Assembly: GCA_047285305.1 (NCBI GenBank)
Contig: JBJBDL010000003.1
Span: 256,001-320,000, forward strand
From: Synechococcus sp.
Lineage (GTDB): Bacteria > Cyanobacteriota > Cyanobacteriia > PCC-6307 > Cyanobiaceae
DNA length: 64,000 nt
Reading direction: 5' to 3'
The notes beneath the pieces were generated by a model. It ran no database searches, was not told where the DNA came from, and was given only the letters and a program-made list of their open reading frames with translations. The position numbers and the translations under genes are program-made. Of this stretch, positions 1 through 10,694 are shown in pieces. Position 1 is the stretch's first letter; each line of letters starts with the position of its first letter.

Positions 1-285
1 ATCCTCGCTAGCGGTGTCGGGCAGAGGGATCTCAATGGACGACACCACACCGATCACATCCCGCAGCCGCATCGAATCGGCGAACCAGCCCATGGCCTGT
101 TCCGTGTCGCCGCGACGTTCCGCGTCACTTGCCTGGTCTTCGTGGGCTTCGGCCAGGAGAGCCAGCCAACACAGGCAACGGGCCTGCACCACGGATAAGT
201 CGAGATCTGTGGGCTGGGATTCAGCAATCCGCTCACTTTCCTGCTGCACCAACAGCCGCAGACGGAGATCGTGAAGCTGGGTCAT
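1..285 (-). CDS. Conserved hypothetical protein, truncated by window edge
   Basis: Manual minus-strand translation from ATG at 285 is open to base 1: MTQLHDLRLRLLVQQESERIAESQPTDLDLSVVQARCLCWLALLAEAHEDQA...; core-like codon use. Absent from the ORF track because no stop lies in the window. Confidence 0.7.
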   Translation of the reverse strand, partial: MTQLHDLRLRLLVQQESERIAESQPTDLDLSVVQARCLCWLALLAEAHEDQASDAERRGDTEQAMGWFADSMRLRDVIGVVSSIEIPLPDTASED

Positions 286-347
286 GGCACCCAAACCCGG
301 TTGCACTAACCCTAGCGGTGGTGAACGATCTGCACACCCCACCAGAT

Positions 348-361
348 GTAGCGCTCACTAC
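348..361. promoter_or_regulatory. Possible NtcA box (GTA-N8-TAC)
   Basis: GTAgcgctcacTAC in the intergenic region upstream of the 1..285 gene. A TAGGGT -10-like hexamer lies 33 nt downstream on the minus strand, which is not the canonical ~22 nt spacing. Confidence 0.3.
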
Positions 362-378
362 CTCTTGAGCAATTCTCA

Positions 379-452
<74 letters not shown>

Positions 453-490
453 AGACCTCTGAATTATGCCCACGAGGCATGATGAGAACT

Positions 491-878
491 GAAAGCAGGC
501 GAGGTGGTTGCGGCCGATCTCTTTGAGTGTCGGCTGAGGAAAGTCCGGGCTCCCTGATGGCCAAGCTTGCTGGGTAACGCCCAGTGCGGGTGACCGTGAG
601 GAGAGTGCCACAGAAACACACCGCCGATGGCCGGTTCGCCGGCACAGGCAAGGGTGCAAAGGTGCGGTAAGAGCGCACCAGCAGCATCGAGAGGTGCTGG
701 CTCGGTAAACCCCGGCTGGGAGCAAGGCCAAGGAACGACGGCTGGCCATTGGCCCCGTTCCGTTTAAACGCGCCGCTTGAGTCCGTCGGTAACGGCGGTC
801 CCAGATAGATAGCCACCCACCCTCTGCAGACCAACCTCTGTGGAGGTGTGAACAGAACCCGGCTTATGTCCTGCTTTC
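491..878 (+). ncRNA. rnpB: RNase P RNA (bacterial type A)
   Basis: Conserved GAGGAAAGTCCGGGC, AGTGCCACAGAAA, GGTAAACCCC and AACAGAACCCGGCTTA motifs; the ends GAAAGCAGG and CCTGCTTTC pair as P1. Confidence 0.97.
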
Positions 879-909
879 CCCCCTTATTCAGCTTTGCTCA
901 GGAATCCTT

Positions 910-1635
910 ATGGATCTATCCCGCGCCGCAGAGCTCACCGACTTCATCCAACAGCTCGACGCTGAGATTCCAATCAACCCTGAGCTACTGGCCCTGGTGG
1001 ATCAGGCTCTCACCCACGTGTCGAGCGGCCGGGCCCGCAACCTGGAACGGCTGGAGTTTCTTGGTGATGCCGTGCTGCGGCTCGCCGCCACCGAATTCAT
1101 TGATCGTCACCACACCGATCTGGCAGTGGGTGCCTGCTCCAACCTTCGGGCCCAGCTGGTGAGCGATCGCTGGCTGGCGGACGTAGGCGCAGCACTTGGC
1201 ATCGAACAGCATCTGTTGCTGGGGCGGCACGCCCAGGGGGATCGTTCCGCCGAATCCAGGCTGCGAGCCGATGCCACCGAAGCTCTAATCGGTGCGTTGT
1301 ACAGCGCCCACGGCAACGTTGACGCGATTCACCGCTGGCTCACCCCCCACTGGTGCACCACCGCCCAAGCGGTGCTGGCGACTCCCCATCAGTTCGGCGG
1401 CAAAACAGCCCTGCAGGAATGGAGCCAGGGCCAGGGGCTAGGACTGCCCAGCTACGCCACCAATGAATGCAGCCGCCTGCACGGCGACCCCGAACGCTTC
1501 CGCTGCCTGGTGAGCATTCAAGGCCAAGACCTGGCGGAGGCCAAAGGCCGATCCCGCAAGGAGGCCGAGCAAAACGCCGCCTCCGCTGCACTTCAGGCCC
1601 TGGGAGGCAGCAACGCGCCGCAGGCACCGCAGTGA
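910..1635 (+). CDS. rnc: Ribonuclease III
   Basis: ERLEFLGDAVL signature, ADATEALIGA motif and C-terminal dsRBD (KTALQEW...GRSRKEAEQNAA). Confidence 0.95.
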   Translation: MDLSRAAELTDFIQQLDAEIPINPELLALVDQALTHVSSGRARNLERLEFLGDAVLRLAATEFIDRHHTDLAVGACSNLRAQLVSDRWLADVGAALGIEQHLLLGRHAQGDRSAESRLRADATEALIGALYSAHGNVDAIHRWLTPHWCTTAQAVLATPHQFGGKTALQEWSQGQGLGLPSYATNECSRLHGDPERFRCLVSIQGQDLAEAKGRSRKEAEQNAASAALQALGGSNAPQAPQ

Positions 1636-2416
1636 TGGGCATCCCTGCGGTGCCCCCTACGCCCGCAGCTGCTGCAGACCAGCTCAGCCGACCGCTGCTG
1701 GTGATGGCGCACCCCCGACACCGTCAGGATTCCAGTAGGAATGGCAATGATGCAGAAACCTAAGAGCATCACCACCGAAGCCAACAGTCGCCCCAGTTCT
1801 GTCTGAGGCACCACATCGCCGTGGCCGACGGTGGTCATGGTGACAATCGCCCAGTAGACGCCGCTCGCCACCGTCTGGAACTGGAGTCGGGCCGAGCACT
1901 ATCGATCACAACAATGCTGTAGCCGAGCACCACCTACAGCAGAAAGACGAAGAACAAAAAGGTTCCGATGGTGCAGGCACTTCCTCGCAGGGCCTGCACC
2001 AGAACGCGGGCTTCATCGATGAAATTGAGCAGCTTGAACGCCCGCAGGATGCGGCCGAACTTGAACACCCACAGCAGCAACTCACTGCACACCTGCGGCA
2101 CGAAGAAAAATAGGACTGCCGAGGCGTCCATCAGTCCGGTGACGCTGAACAGGTAGGGGCGAGGCTTCTCCACCAAGGACAGATGAAGAAAGAAATCCGC
2201 AGCAAGCACGGCCAAGCAAACGTTCCGAACCAGATCGATCCAGGGCACATTGGTTTGGCTCAGGGCTGAATTACCCAGGGGGTCGGGTTCCAGCAGAAGG
2301 GCCAGAACACTCTTAAGAATCGCCCCGAAAATGACAGCGTTGTAGGTCTTGCCCCTCCGGGTGCTGGCTCCAGCACCGTGGCTGCAGCCATTGTCGCAGC
2401 CTTCAATGGGTGTCCA
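1593..2416 (-). pseudogene. Voltage-gated K+ channel / ion transporter pseudogene
   Basis: Pieces in different frames: S4-like FGRILRAFKLL (1934..2248), in-frame TAG at 1934-1936, a frameshift near 1880, and pore helix YWAIVTMTTVGHGDVVP (1593..1871). The N-terminal part near 2370 also appears out of frame. The 5' boundary is approximate. Confidence 0.85.
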
Positions 2417-2421
2417 TCGCC

Positions 2422-2607
2422 TCAGGCCGGCTGGAGGTCCTTCAAGCGCAGGGTCACCAACTTGTCCCAGTTGCCACCTTCGAACAAAACGGCCGCACGA
2501 TCGCCGCTGATTCGCTGCACGAAGCCGTTGTAACCGTTGTAGATCGAGGTGACATCCGACACGGTGACGGTGGAGCCGGGGAGGATCGGAGCGGTTGCAG
2601 GCGCCAT
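2422..2607 (-). CDS. ndhS: NAD(P)H dehydrogenase (NDH-1) subunit S
   Basis: ILPGSTVTV...[32 protein letters not shown]; start placed at ATG 2607. Confidence 0.92.
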   Translation of the reverse strand: MAPATAPILPGSTVTVSDVTSIYNGYNGFVQRISGDRAAVLFEGGNWDKLVTLRLKDLQPA

Positions 2608-2662
2608 GGCTCGTTCGCGGATGGGTCTGGCGCCATTATCGGCAGAGTGCGCGGCGGATGGC

Positions 2663-3196
2663 ATGGCGGAGAGCAATGAATGGCTCAGCGTCGGCAAGAT
2701 CGTGGGGGTCCAGGGGCTGCAGGGGGAACTGCGGGTCAATCCCGCCAGTGATTTCCCCGAGCGATTCACGGCGCCGGGACCCCGCTGGCTGCGGAGTCGC
2801 AAGGGGGGTGAGCCGACGGAAATCCAGCTCAAAAAAGGCCGGCGACTGCCCGGCAAGTCGCTTTTTGTGGTGAGGCTTGAAGGAATTGACAGTCGCAACG
2901 CCGCCGAAACCCTTGTGGGCCATGAACTGCTGGTATCAGCAGATGACCGGCCCGAATTGGAAGAAGGGGAATTTCACCTGCTCGATCTGCTGGGCCTGGA
3001 GGCACGGCTCGCGGCCGGTGGACCTGCCGTTGGCACCGTGAGCGACCTGATCAGTGGCGGCAACGACCTGCTGGAAATCACCACATCGGAAGGCCGCAAG
3101 CTGCTGATTCCCTTCGTGGAGGCGATCGTGCCGGAGGTGCAATTGGAGGAGGGCTGGCTGCTGCTCACCCCACCACCGGGTCTGCTGGAGCTCTGA
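2663..3196 (+). CDS. rimM: 16S rRNA processing protein RimM
   Basis: [22 protein letters not shown] and [13 protein letters not shown] motifs; start trimmed to ATG 2663. Confidence 0.95.
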   Translation: MAESNEWLSVGKIVGVQGLQGELRVNPASDFPERFTAPGPRWLRSRKGGEPTEIQLKKGRRLPGKSLFVVRLEGIDSRNAAETLVGHELLVSADDRPELEEGEFHLLDLLGLEARLAAGGPAVGTVSDLISGGNDLLEITTSEGRKLLIPFVEAIVPEVQLEEGWLLLTPPPGLLEL

Positions 3197-3263
3197 CAGA
3201 TCTCTCTCGGGGCATCGACAGAACCCCCTAGGGCGAGCGATTCTGGGGCGCTGCTTTCAGGAC

Positions 3264-4727
3264 GTGATGGCCTCCACACCGCTGATCCCTGTGATCCTTT
3301 GCGGAGGCACCGGCACACGGCTTTGGCCGCTGTCGCGGGCCAGTTACCCCAAGCAGTACTGGCCGTTGAGCGGAGACGGCGAGGCCACTTTGCTGCAGCA
3401 GACCCAACAGCGGCTTCAGGGCCTGGATGCCCTTGCCGCTCCCCTGCTGATCTGCAATGAAGACCACCGCTTCATCGTGGCCGAACAGATGCGCCAGATC
3501 GGCGTGGAGCCCAACGCGATCCTGCTGGAACCTATGGGCCGCAACACCGCACCGGCGGTGACCGTGGCCGCACTGCAGGCCACAGCCAACGGCGAGGACC
3601 CGCTGCTGCTGATACTGGCAGCGGATCACCTAATCCGCGATGCCGCCCAATTCCGCCAGGCCATCAACGCCGGCCGCAAGCCAGCCGAAGAGGGCCGCCT
3701 GGTGACCTTCGGCATCGTGCCGACGGCCCCGGAAACCGGCTACGGCTACATCGAAGCCAGCGAACCCTTCTCGCTTGGGGGACCCGTCCACGTGCCGATC
3801 AAGCGCTTCGTGGAGAAGCCGGACAAGGCCACAGCAGAGCAATTCCTGGCCACCGGCCGCTTCACCTGGAACAGCGGCATGTTCCTGTTCCGCGCCAGCG
3901 CCATGCTGGCGGAACTGGAGCGGTTAGCCCCGGAAGTGGTGAGCTGCTGCCGGGCAGCACTGGAGCAGGACACGGCCGACCTGGAGTTCCATCGGCTGGA
4001 GCGGGAGGCCTTCGCCAAGTGCCCCAACGTGGCCATTGACGTGGCCGTGATGGAGAAAACGGAACTGGGCAGCGTGCTGCCGCTGGATGCCGGCTGGAGC
4101 GACGTGGGCAGCTGGAGCGCACTCTGGGAAACATCAGAGCAAAAGGATTCCCAAGGCAATGTGCTGCAGGGCCACGTGATTGCCGAAGGCAGCCGCGATT
4201 GCTATTTGCGCAGCGAACACCGCCTGGTGGTGGGGCTGGGGGTAGAAAACCTGGTTGTGGTGGAAACCGACGACGCCGTGTTGATTGCGGATCGCTCCAA
4301 GGCCCAGGAGATCAAAACAGTGGTGAAGCAACTTGAGGCCGCCGGCAGCCCGGAGGGCAAGGCGCACCGCAAGATCTACCGCCCCTGGGGCCATTACACC
4401 GGCGTCACCGAAGGAACGCGCTGGCAGGTGAAACGGATCTCAGTGAAACCCGGCGCCAGCCTCTCGCTGCAGATGCACCACCACCGGGCCGAGCACTGGG
4501 TGGTGGTGAAGGGCACAGCCCTGGTGGAGCGCGACGGCACTGAGCAGCTGGTGGGGGAAAACCAGAGCACCTACATCCCGATGGGTTGCAAACACCGCCT
4601 CTCCAATCCTGGTCGGATCCCCGTGGAACTGATCGAGGTTCAGAGCGGCGAGTACCTCGGTGAAGACGACATCGTGCGCTTCCAGGACCGCTACGGCCGC
4701 AGTGATCTCAGCATCAGCGTCAGCTGA
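3264..4727 (+). CDS. manC: Mannose-1-phosphate guanylyltransferase / mannose-6-phosphate isomerase
   Basis: PVILCGGTGTRLWPLSR, FVEKP, WSDVGSW and C-terminal cupin RPWG...SLQMHHHRAEHW. Confidence 0.96.
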   Translation: MMASTPLIPVILCGGTGTRLWPLSRASYPKQYWPLSGDGEATLLQQTQQRLQGLDALAAPLLICNEDHRFIVAEQMRQIGVEPNAILLEPMGRNTAPAVTVAALQATANGEDPLLLILAADHLIRDAAQFRQAINAGRKPAEEGRLVTFGIVPTAPETGYGYIEASEPFSLGGPVHVPIKRFVEKPDKATAEQFLATGRFTWNSGMFLFRASAMLAELERLAPEVVSCCRAALEQDTADLEFHRLEREAFAKCPNVAIDVAVMEKTELGSVLPLDAGWSDVGSWSALWETSEQKDSQGNVLQGHVIAEGSRDCYLRSEHRLVVGLGVENLVVVETDDAVLIADRSKAQEIKTVVKQLEAAGSPEGKAHRKIYRPWGHYTGVTEGTRWQVKRISVKPGASLSLQMHHHRAEHWVVVKGTALVERDGTEQLVGENQSTYIPMGCKHRLSNPGRIPVELIEVQSGEYLGEDDIVRFQDRYGRSDLSISVS

Positions 4728-4730
4728 GAC

Positions 4731-6620
4731 TCACTCCACCGTGACGCTCTTGGCCAGGTTGCGGGGTTGATCCACATCCAGGCCGCGATGGGCGGCGATG
4801 TGATAGCTCAGCAACTGCATCGGCACCACGGCGAACAGAGGGCTGATCCACTCACTCACAGAGGGCACCGGCAACAGTTCATCAAACAAATCGGTGTCGG
4901 GCCCCTGGGGCGCCACACCGATCAGCTGAGCGTCGCGGGCCTTGGCTTCCTGGGCGTTGCTGAGCACCTTCTCGAAGACCACACCGGGCACAGCGATCGA
5001 CACCACCGGCACGCGGGAATCCAGCAAGGCGATCGGGCCGTGCTTCATCTCCCCGGCCGGATAGCCCTCGGCATGGATGTAGCTGATTTCCTTGAGCTTC
5101 AACGCCCCCTCCAAGGCAATCGGATAGTTGATTCCACGGCCCAAGAAAATCACGTCCTGGATGTCGGCAAAGCGATGGGCCAGGGCTGCGGAGCGCTTGT
5201 CGTGGAGCTCCACCAGCTGGCGCAACTGCTGGGGCAGGCCGCGCAGTTCGTCCGCCAAGGCATTGATCTCAGCCGCCGGGCGAGAGCCACGGCGGGCCGC
5301 AAAGGCCATCGCCAGGCCATAAAAGGCCAACAACTGGCCGAGGAAAGTCTTGGTGGCTGCCACGCCCACTTCGATGCCAGCCCCGATGTCGAGGATGTGG
5401 GGCACCTGGCGTGAGAGAGAACTTTCGGGACGGTTGGTCACCCCAAGCTGGCGGGGGGCAAAGGCTGGATCCCCATGGGCCAGACGCCGCTCGGACTCCA
5501 TGGCCAGAGCCGCAAGGGTGTCGGCCGTTTCACCGGACTGGGTCACCCCAATCGTGAGGGTGTGGGGAGCCAGCGGCGGCGGCGCATAGCGGAACTCACT
5601 GGCGTAGTGCACCGATGTGGGCATCCCGGCGAACTGCTCCAGCAGGTAAGCCCCCACCATCGCGGCATGGCGGCTGGTACCACAGGCCAGAATTTGTATC
5701 CGTTCAATCCCGGCGTAGAAGGCATCGTCCATCGGCAACGCCACCGGCTGTTCTGGTGGCAGTCCCTGGGGCAGATGGCGCGCGACCCATAGTTCTGCGG
5801 TCTCCGGTTGCTCATGGATTTCCTTGAGCATGAAGTGACGGAACTCGCGTTTGTCGGCCACGTGATCCGCACCGCTGAGCTGGGTGGGCATGCGCTGCTG
5901 GCGCACCCCCACGGCGTCGTAGAGCTCCACCCCCAGAGGTGAGAGCAAGGCCACCTCGCCGTCTTCCATCGGCAGGATCGTGCGGGTAAACCCTGCCAGG
6001 GCCGGTGTGTCGCTGGCACAGAGGAATTCCCCTTCACCCAAGCCGATCAACAAGGGGGCTGCCTTACGGGCCACCACCAAAGCCCCCGGCGCCTGATCCC
6101 AAATCACCGCAAGGGCATAGGCCCCCTGCAGCTTGGGCAGCACCCGCTGCAGAGCCTCCAGCAACAGCCCACCGCCAGGGGTCGCGCCCGCAGCTTGCAG
6201 CTGCTGCAGTTCCGCAGCCAGCAGGTGAGGAATCACCTCGGTGTCGGTTTCCGACTGGAACACCACCCCAGAAGCCTCCAGCTGCTCCCGCAGAGCACGG
6301 TGGTTCTCAATGATTCCGTTCTGCACCACCGCCAGCGCGCCATCGCCGCTGCGGTGCGGATGGGCATTGCGCTCTTCCGGTTTGCCATGGGTGGCCCAGC
6401 GGGTGTGGCCAATGCCGCATTGCCCGGGAGCGCCCTCGGCTTCAAAACAGGCCGTCAGGTTCCGGAGCTTGCCCTTGGCCCGAAGACAGGTCAGCTGCCC
6501 CTGCCCCGCGACCGTGGCAATCCCAGCGGAGTCGTAACCGCGATACTCCAGCTGGCGAAGGCCCTCCAGGAGCTGGGGTGCCGCTTCGCGGGAGCCCACC
6601 AGGGCAACGATTCCGCACAT
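4731..6620 (-). CDS. glmS: Glutamine-fructose-6-phosphate transaminase
   Basis: MCGIV N-terminus, LEYRGYDSAG, GHTRWATHG and C-terminal DQPRNLAKSVTVE. Confidence 0.98.
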   Translation of the reverse strand: MCGIVALVGSREAAPQLLEGLRQLEYRGYDSAGIATVAGQGQLTCLRAKGKLRNLTACFEAEGAPGQCGIGHTRWATHGKPEERNAHPHRSGDGALAVVQNGIIENHRALREQLEASGVVFQSETDTEVIPHLLAAELQQLQAAGATPGGGLLLEALQRVLPKLQGAYALAVIWDQAPGALVVARKAAPLLIGLGEGEFLCASDTPALAGFTRTILPMEDGEVALLSPLGVELYDAVGVRQQRMPTQLSGADHVADKREFRHFMLKEIHEQPETAELWVARHLPQGLPPEQPVALPMDDAFYAGIERIQILACGTSRHAAMVGAYLLEQFAGMPTSVHYASEFRYAPPPLAPHTLTIGVTQSGETADTLAALAMESERRLAHGDPAFAPRQLGVTNRPESSLSRQVPHILDIGAGIEVGVAATKTFLGQLLAFYGLAMAFAARRGSRPAAEINALADELRGLPQQLRQLVELHDKRSAALAHRFADIQDVIFLGRGINYPIALEGALKLKEISYIHAEGYPAGEMKHGPIALLDSRVPVVSIAVPGVVFEKVLSNAQEAKARDAQLIGVAPQGPDTDLFDELLPVPSVSEWISPLFAVVPMQLLSYHIAAHRGLDVDQPRNLAKSVTVE

Positions 6621-6622
6621 AC

Positions 6623-6646
6623 AAAAAAGCCCGGCTTAAGCCGGGC
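6623..6646 (-). terminator. Rho-independent terminator after psaC
   Basis: Minus strand GCCCGGC-TTAA-GCCGGGC followed by TTTTTT. Confidence 0.8.
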
Positions 6647-6673
6647 CGAGCTTATGAGACGAAAAGGGGCGAA

Positions 6674-7063
<390 letters not shown>

Positions 7064-7065
7064 CT

Positions 7066-7308
7066 ATGTCCCAGGAAGCGATTCTCGAAAAGGTGCGCTC
7101 AATCGTTGCGGAGCAACTGAGTGTTGACTCCGGCGAAGTGAAGCCCGAATCCAACTTCCAGAACGATCTGGGTGCTGATTCTCTGGACACCGTGGAACTC
7201 GTGATGGCCCTTGAAGAGGCCTTTGACATCGAGATTCCCGACGAAGCAGCTGAAGGCATCACCACCGTTGGTGACGCCGTCAAATACATCGAAGACAAGC
7301 AGGCCTGA
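7066..7308 (+). CDS. acpP: Acyl carrier protein
   Basis: [20 protein letters not shown] phosphopantetheine motif. Confidence 0.98.
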   Translation: MSQEAILEKVRSIVAEQLSVDSGEVKPESNFQNDLGADSLDTVELVMALEEAFDIEIPDEAAEGITTVGDAVKYIEDKQA

Positions 7309-7316
7309 GCAACGCA

Positions 7317-8564
7317 ATGGTGGATGGTCTCCATCGCGTCGTCATTACCGGCCTCGGCGCGGTCACACCGATCGGCAACACGGTTCAGGACTATTGGAAT
7401 GGCCTCACCTCCGGCAGCAACGGAGTTGAGGCCATCACCCTGTTCGATGCATCCGAGCACGCCTGTCGCTTTGCGGCGGAGGTGAAGGATTTCGATCCGT
7501 CCGGCTTCATCGAACCGAAGGAAGCCAAGCGCTGGGATCGGTTCTGCAAGTTCGGCGTGGTAGCTGCCAAACAGGCTGTTGCCCATGCCGGCCTTGAGAT
7601 CAACGACGAGAACGCGGATCGAATTGGCACGATCATTGGCTCTGGCGTCGGCGGCCTGCTGACGATGGAGACCCAAGCCCACGTGCTTGAGGGTCGTGGG
7701 CCGGGACGGGTGAGCCCGTTCACAGTGCCAATGATGATTCCCAACATGGCCACGGGCCTCGCTGCCATTGCCCTGGGCACCAAGGGACCCAGCTCCGCTG
7801 TGGCTACCGCATGCGCTGCCGGCTCCAATGCTGTTGGCGATGCCTTCCGCCTGCTTCAAATGGGCAAAGCCGACGCGATGGTGTGCGGTGGCGCCGAATC
7901 GGCGATCACCCCGCTGGGAGTGGCCGGCTTCGCCAGTGCCAAGGCCTTGTCGTTCCGTAATGACGACCCTGCCACCGCCAGCCGTCCATTCGACAAGGAG
8001 CGCGATGGCTTCGTGATCGGTGAAGGTGCCGGTGTGCTGGTGCTCGAAACCCTCGAGCACGCCCAGGCCCGTGGCGCCACGATCCTTGGTGAAGTGGTGG
8101 GTTACGGCATGACCTGCGACGCACACCACATCACCTCCCCCACACCCGGCGGCGTCGGTGGCGCCGAGGCGATGCGCCTTGCCCTGGCCGATGGCGGCAT
8201 TGATCCATCCGGAATCGACTACGTCAACGCCCACGGCACCAGCACCCCGGCGAACGACAAAAACGAAACCTCGGCGATCAAAAGCGCCCTGGGTGAACGT
8301 GCACTGCAGATTCCGGTGAGCTCCACCAAATCGATGACCGGTCACCTGCTGGGTGGTTCTGGTGGCATCGAGGCCGTGGCCTGCGTGCTGGCACTGCAGC
8401 ACGGCGTCGTGCCCCCCACGATCAACCACACCACCCCGGATCCCGACTGTGATCTGGATGTCGTGCCCAACGAGGCGCGGGATCAGACACTGGGAACTGT
8501 CTTGTCCAACTCCTTCGGCTTTGGCGGCCACAACGTCTGCCTGGCATTCAAACGCGCCAGCTGA
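7317..8564 (+). CDS. fabF: 3-oxoacyl-ACP synthase II
   Basis: RVVITGLG, TACAAG, NAHGTST, KSMTGHLLG and SNSFGFGGHN motifs. Confidence 0.97.
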   Translation: MVDGLHRVVITGLGAVTPIGNTVQDYWNGLTSGSNGVEAITLFDASEHACRFAAEVKDFDPSGFIEPKEAKRWDRFCKFGVVAAKQAVAHAGLEINDENADRIGTIIGSGVGGLLTMETQAHVLEGRGPGRVSPFTVPMMIPNMATGLAAIALGTKGPSSAVATACAAGSNAVGDAFRLLQMGKADAMVCGGAESAITPLGVAGFASAKALSFRNDDPATASRPFDKERDGFVIGEGAGVLVLETLEHAQARGATILGEVVGYGMTCDAHHITSPTPGGVGGAEAMRLALADGGIDPSGIDYVNAHGTSTPANDKNETSAIKSALGERALQIPVSSTKSMTGHLLGGSGGIEAVACVLALQHGVVPPTINHTTPDPDCDLDVVPNEARDQTLGTVLSNSFGFGGHNVCLAFKRAS

Positions 8565-8618
8565 GCCTTACCGCTCACGCCGTGCGTCAAAATCGCTTCA
8601 ACTTTTCTTCTTAACACC

Positions 8619-10628
8619 ATGGTCGCTGCGCCTGCGTCTCTCGACACGCTCTGCATCAACAGCATTCGGATGCTGGCTGTCGACGCCATCAACAAGTCCA
8701 ACAGCGGCCACCCCGGCCTGCCGATGGGCTGCGCACCCATGGGTTATGCGCTCTGGGACAAGTTCCTCAAGCACAACCCCAAGAACCCCAAGTGGTTCAA
8801 CCGCGACCGCTTCGTGCTCTCCGCCGGTCATGGCTGCATGCTGCTGTACGCGCTGCTGCACCTCACCGGTTACGACTCAGTGTCCATTGAGGACATCAAG
8901 CAGTTCCGCCAGTGGGGCTCCAAGACTCCCGGTCACCCCGAAACCTTCGAAACTCCTGGTGTTGAAGTGACCACCGGCCCCCTGGGTGCCGGCATCTCCA
9001 ACGCCGTGGGTCTGGCCATCGCTGAATCCCACCTGGGGGCCAAGTTCAACAAGGCCGACGCCACCGTGGTGGATCACTACACCTACGTGATCATGGGCGA
9101 CGGCTGCAATCAGGAGGGTGTGTCCTCCGAAGCGGCCTCCCTGGCTGGTCACCTGAAGCTGGGCAAGCTGATCGCGCTGTACGACGACAACAGCATCACC
9201 ATCGACGGCCGCACCGACGTGTCCTTCACCGAGGACGTGCTGAAGCGCTACGAGGCCTACGGCTGGCACGTTCAGCACGTGGCTGAGGGCAACACCGATG
9301 TGGATGCCATCGCCAAGGCGATCGAAGCCGCCAAGGCCGTGACCGACAAGCCGTCAATCATCAAGGTGACCACCACCATCGGCTACGGCTCTCCCAACAA
9401 GGCCGACACCGCCGGTGTTCACGGCGCTGCCCTGGGTGAAGAGGAAGCAGCTCTCACGCGTCAGCAACTGGGTTGGGACTACGCCCCCTTCGAAATTCCC
9501 CAGGACGCCTACGACCAGTTCCGCCAGGCCATCAACCGCGGCGCCAGCCTCGAGGCCGAGTGGAACCAGACCCTGGCCACCTACCGCACCAAGTACCCCA
9601 AGGAAGCTGCCGAGTTCGAGCGGATGCTGCGCGGTGAGCTGCCCGAGGGTTGGGACAAGGATCTGCCCACCTACACCCCTGGAGACGGTGGCCTGGCCAC
9701 CCGCAAGCACTCCCAGATCTGCCTGGGTGCTTTGGGCCCCAACCTGCCCGAGCTGATCGGCGGCTCGGCTGACCTCACCCACTCCAACTACACGGACATC
9801 AAGGGAGAGACCGGCTCCTATCAGGCCAGCAGCCCTGAGAAGCGCTACCTGCACTTCGGTGTGCGCGAGCACGCGATGGCCGCCATCCTCAACGGCATCG
9901 CCTATCACAACAGCGGCTTGATCCCCTATGGCGGCACCTTCCTGGTGTTCGCCGATTACATGCGCGGTTCCATGCGCCTGTCGGCCCTGAGTGAACTGGG
10001 TGTGATCTACGTGCTCACCCACGACTCCATCGGTGTCGGCGAAGACGGCCCCACCCACCAGCCGATCGAGACCATTCCCTCCCTGCGGGCGATGCCGAAC
10101 ATGCTGGTGTTCCGTCCTGGAGATGGCAACGAAACAAGTGGTGCTTATAAGGTTGCGATCCAAAACCGAAAGCGCCCCAGCTCCCTTTGCCTCAGCCGCC
10201 AGGGGATGGCCAACCAGGCCAATTCCTCCATCGACAAGGTGGCCCTGGGTGGTTACGTACTGGAAGACTGCGCTGGAACTCCCGATCTAATCCTGATCGG
10301 AACCGGAACAGAGCTTGATCTCTGCGTGCAAGCCGCCAAACAATTAACGACAGAAGGGAAAAAGGTACGGGTGGTATCAATGCCTTGTGTCGAGCTGTTC
10401 GACGAACAGACAGACGCCTACAAGGAAGAAGTACTTCCGAACGCTGTGCGGAAGCGCATGGTTGTTGAAGCAGCTGAGTCATTCGGTTGGCACCGATTCA
10501 TTGGACTGGATGGAGATACCGTCACCATGAACCGGTTCGGCGCTTCTGCACCAGGTGGAACCTGTCTGAAAGAATTCGGCTTCACTGTTGACAACGTAGT
10601 GTCTAAGGCGAAACAACTACTGAACTGA
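8619..10628 (+). CDS. tkt: Transketolase
   Basis: [25 protein letters not shown] and [16 protein letters not shown] motifs. Confidence 0.98.
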   Translation: MVAAPASLDTLCINSIRMLAVDAINKSNSGHPGLPMGCAPMGYALWDKFLKHNPKNPKWFNRDRFVLSAGHGCMLLYALLHLTGYDSVSIEDIKQFRQWGSKTPGHPETFETPGVEVTTGPLGAGISNAVGLAIAESHLGAKFNKADATVVDHYTYVIMGDGCNQEGVSSEAASLAGHLKLGKLIALYDDNSITIDGRTDVSFTEDVLKRYEAYGWHVQHVAEGNTDVDAIAKAIEAAKAVTDKPSIIKVTTTIGYGSPNKADTAGVHGAALGEEEAALTRQQLGWDYAPFEIPQDAYDQFRQAINRGASLEAEWNQTLATYRTKYPKEAAEFERMLRGELPEGWDKDLPTYTPGDGGLATRKHSQICLGALGPNLPELIGGSADLTHSNYTDIKGETGSYQASSPEKRYLHFGVREHAMAAILNGIAYHNSGLIPYGGTFLVFADYMRGSMRLSALSELGVIYVLTHDSIGVGEDGPTHQPIETIPSLRAMPNMLVFRPGDGNETSGAYKVAIQNRKRPSSLCLSRQGMANQANSSIDKVALGGYVLEDCAGTPDLILIGTGTELDLCVQAAKQLTTEGKKVRVVSMPCVELFDEQTDAYKEEVLPNAVRKRMVVEAAESFGWHRFIGLDGDTVTMNRFGASAPGGTCLKEFGFTVDNVVSKAKQLLN

Positions 10629-10655
10629 AACCATCCTAGATTCAGAAAAGCCCAT

Positions 10656-10682
10656 GGAGCTCTCTAGGAGGGCTCCTTTTTT
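10656..10682 (+). terminator. Rho-independent terminator after tkt
   Basis: GGAGCTCT-CTAGG-AGGGCTCC stem (one G-U pair) followed by a T6 tract. Confidence 0.7.
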
Positions 10683-10694
10683 GTCAACAAAGCC

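Noticed and set aside
6621..6673. glmS ribozyme upstream of glmS
   Set aside because: Only 53 bp separate psaC and glmS, mostly taken up by a terminator, and no ribozyme core is seen.
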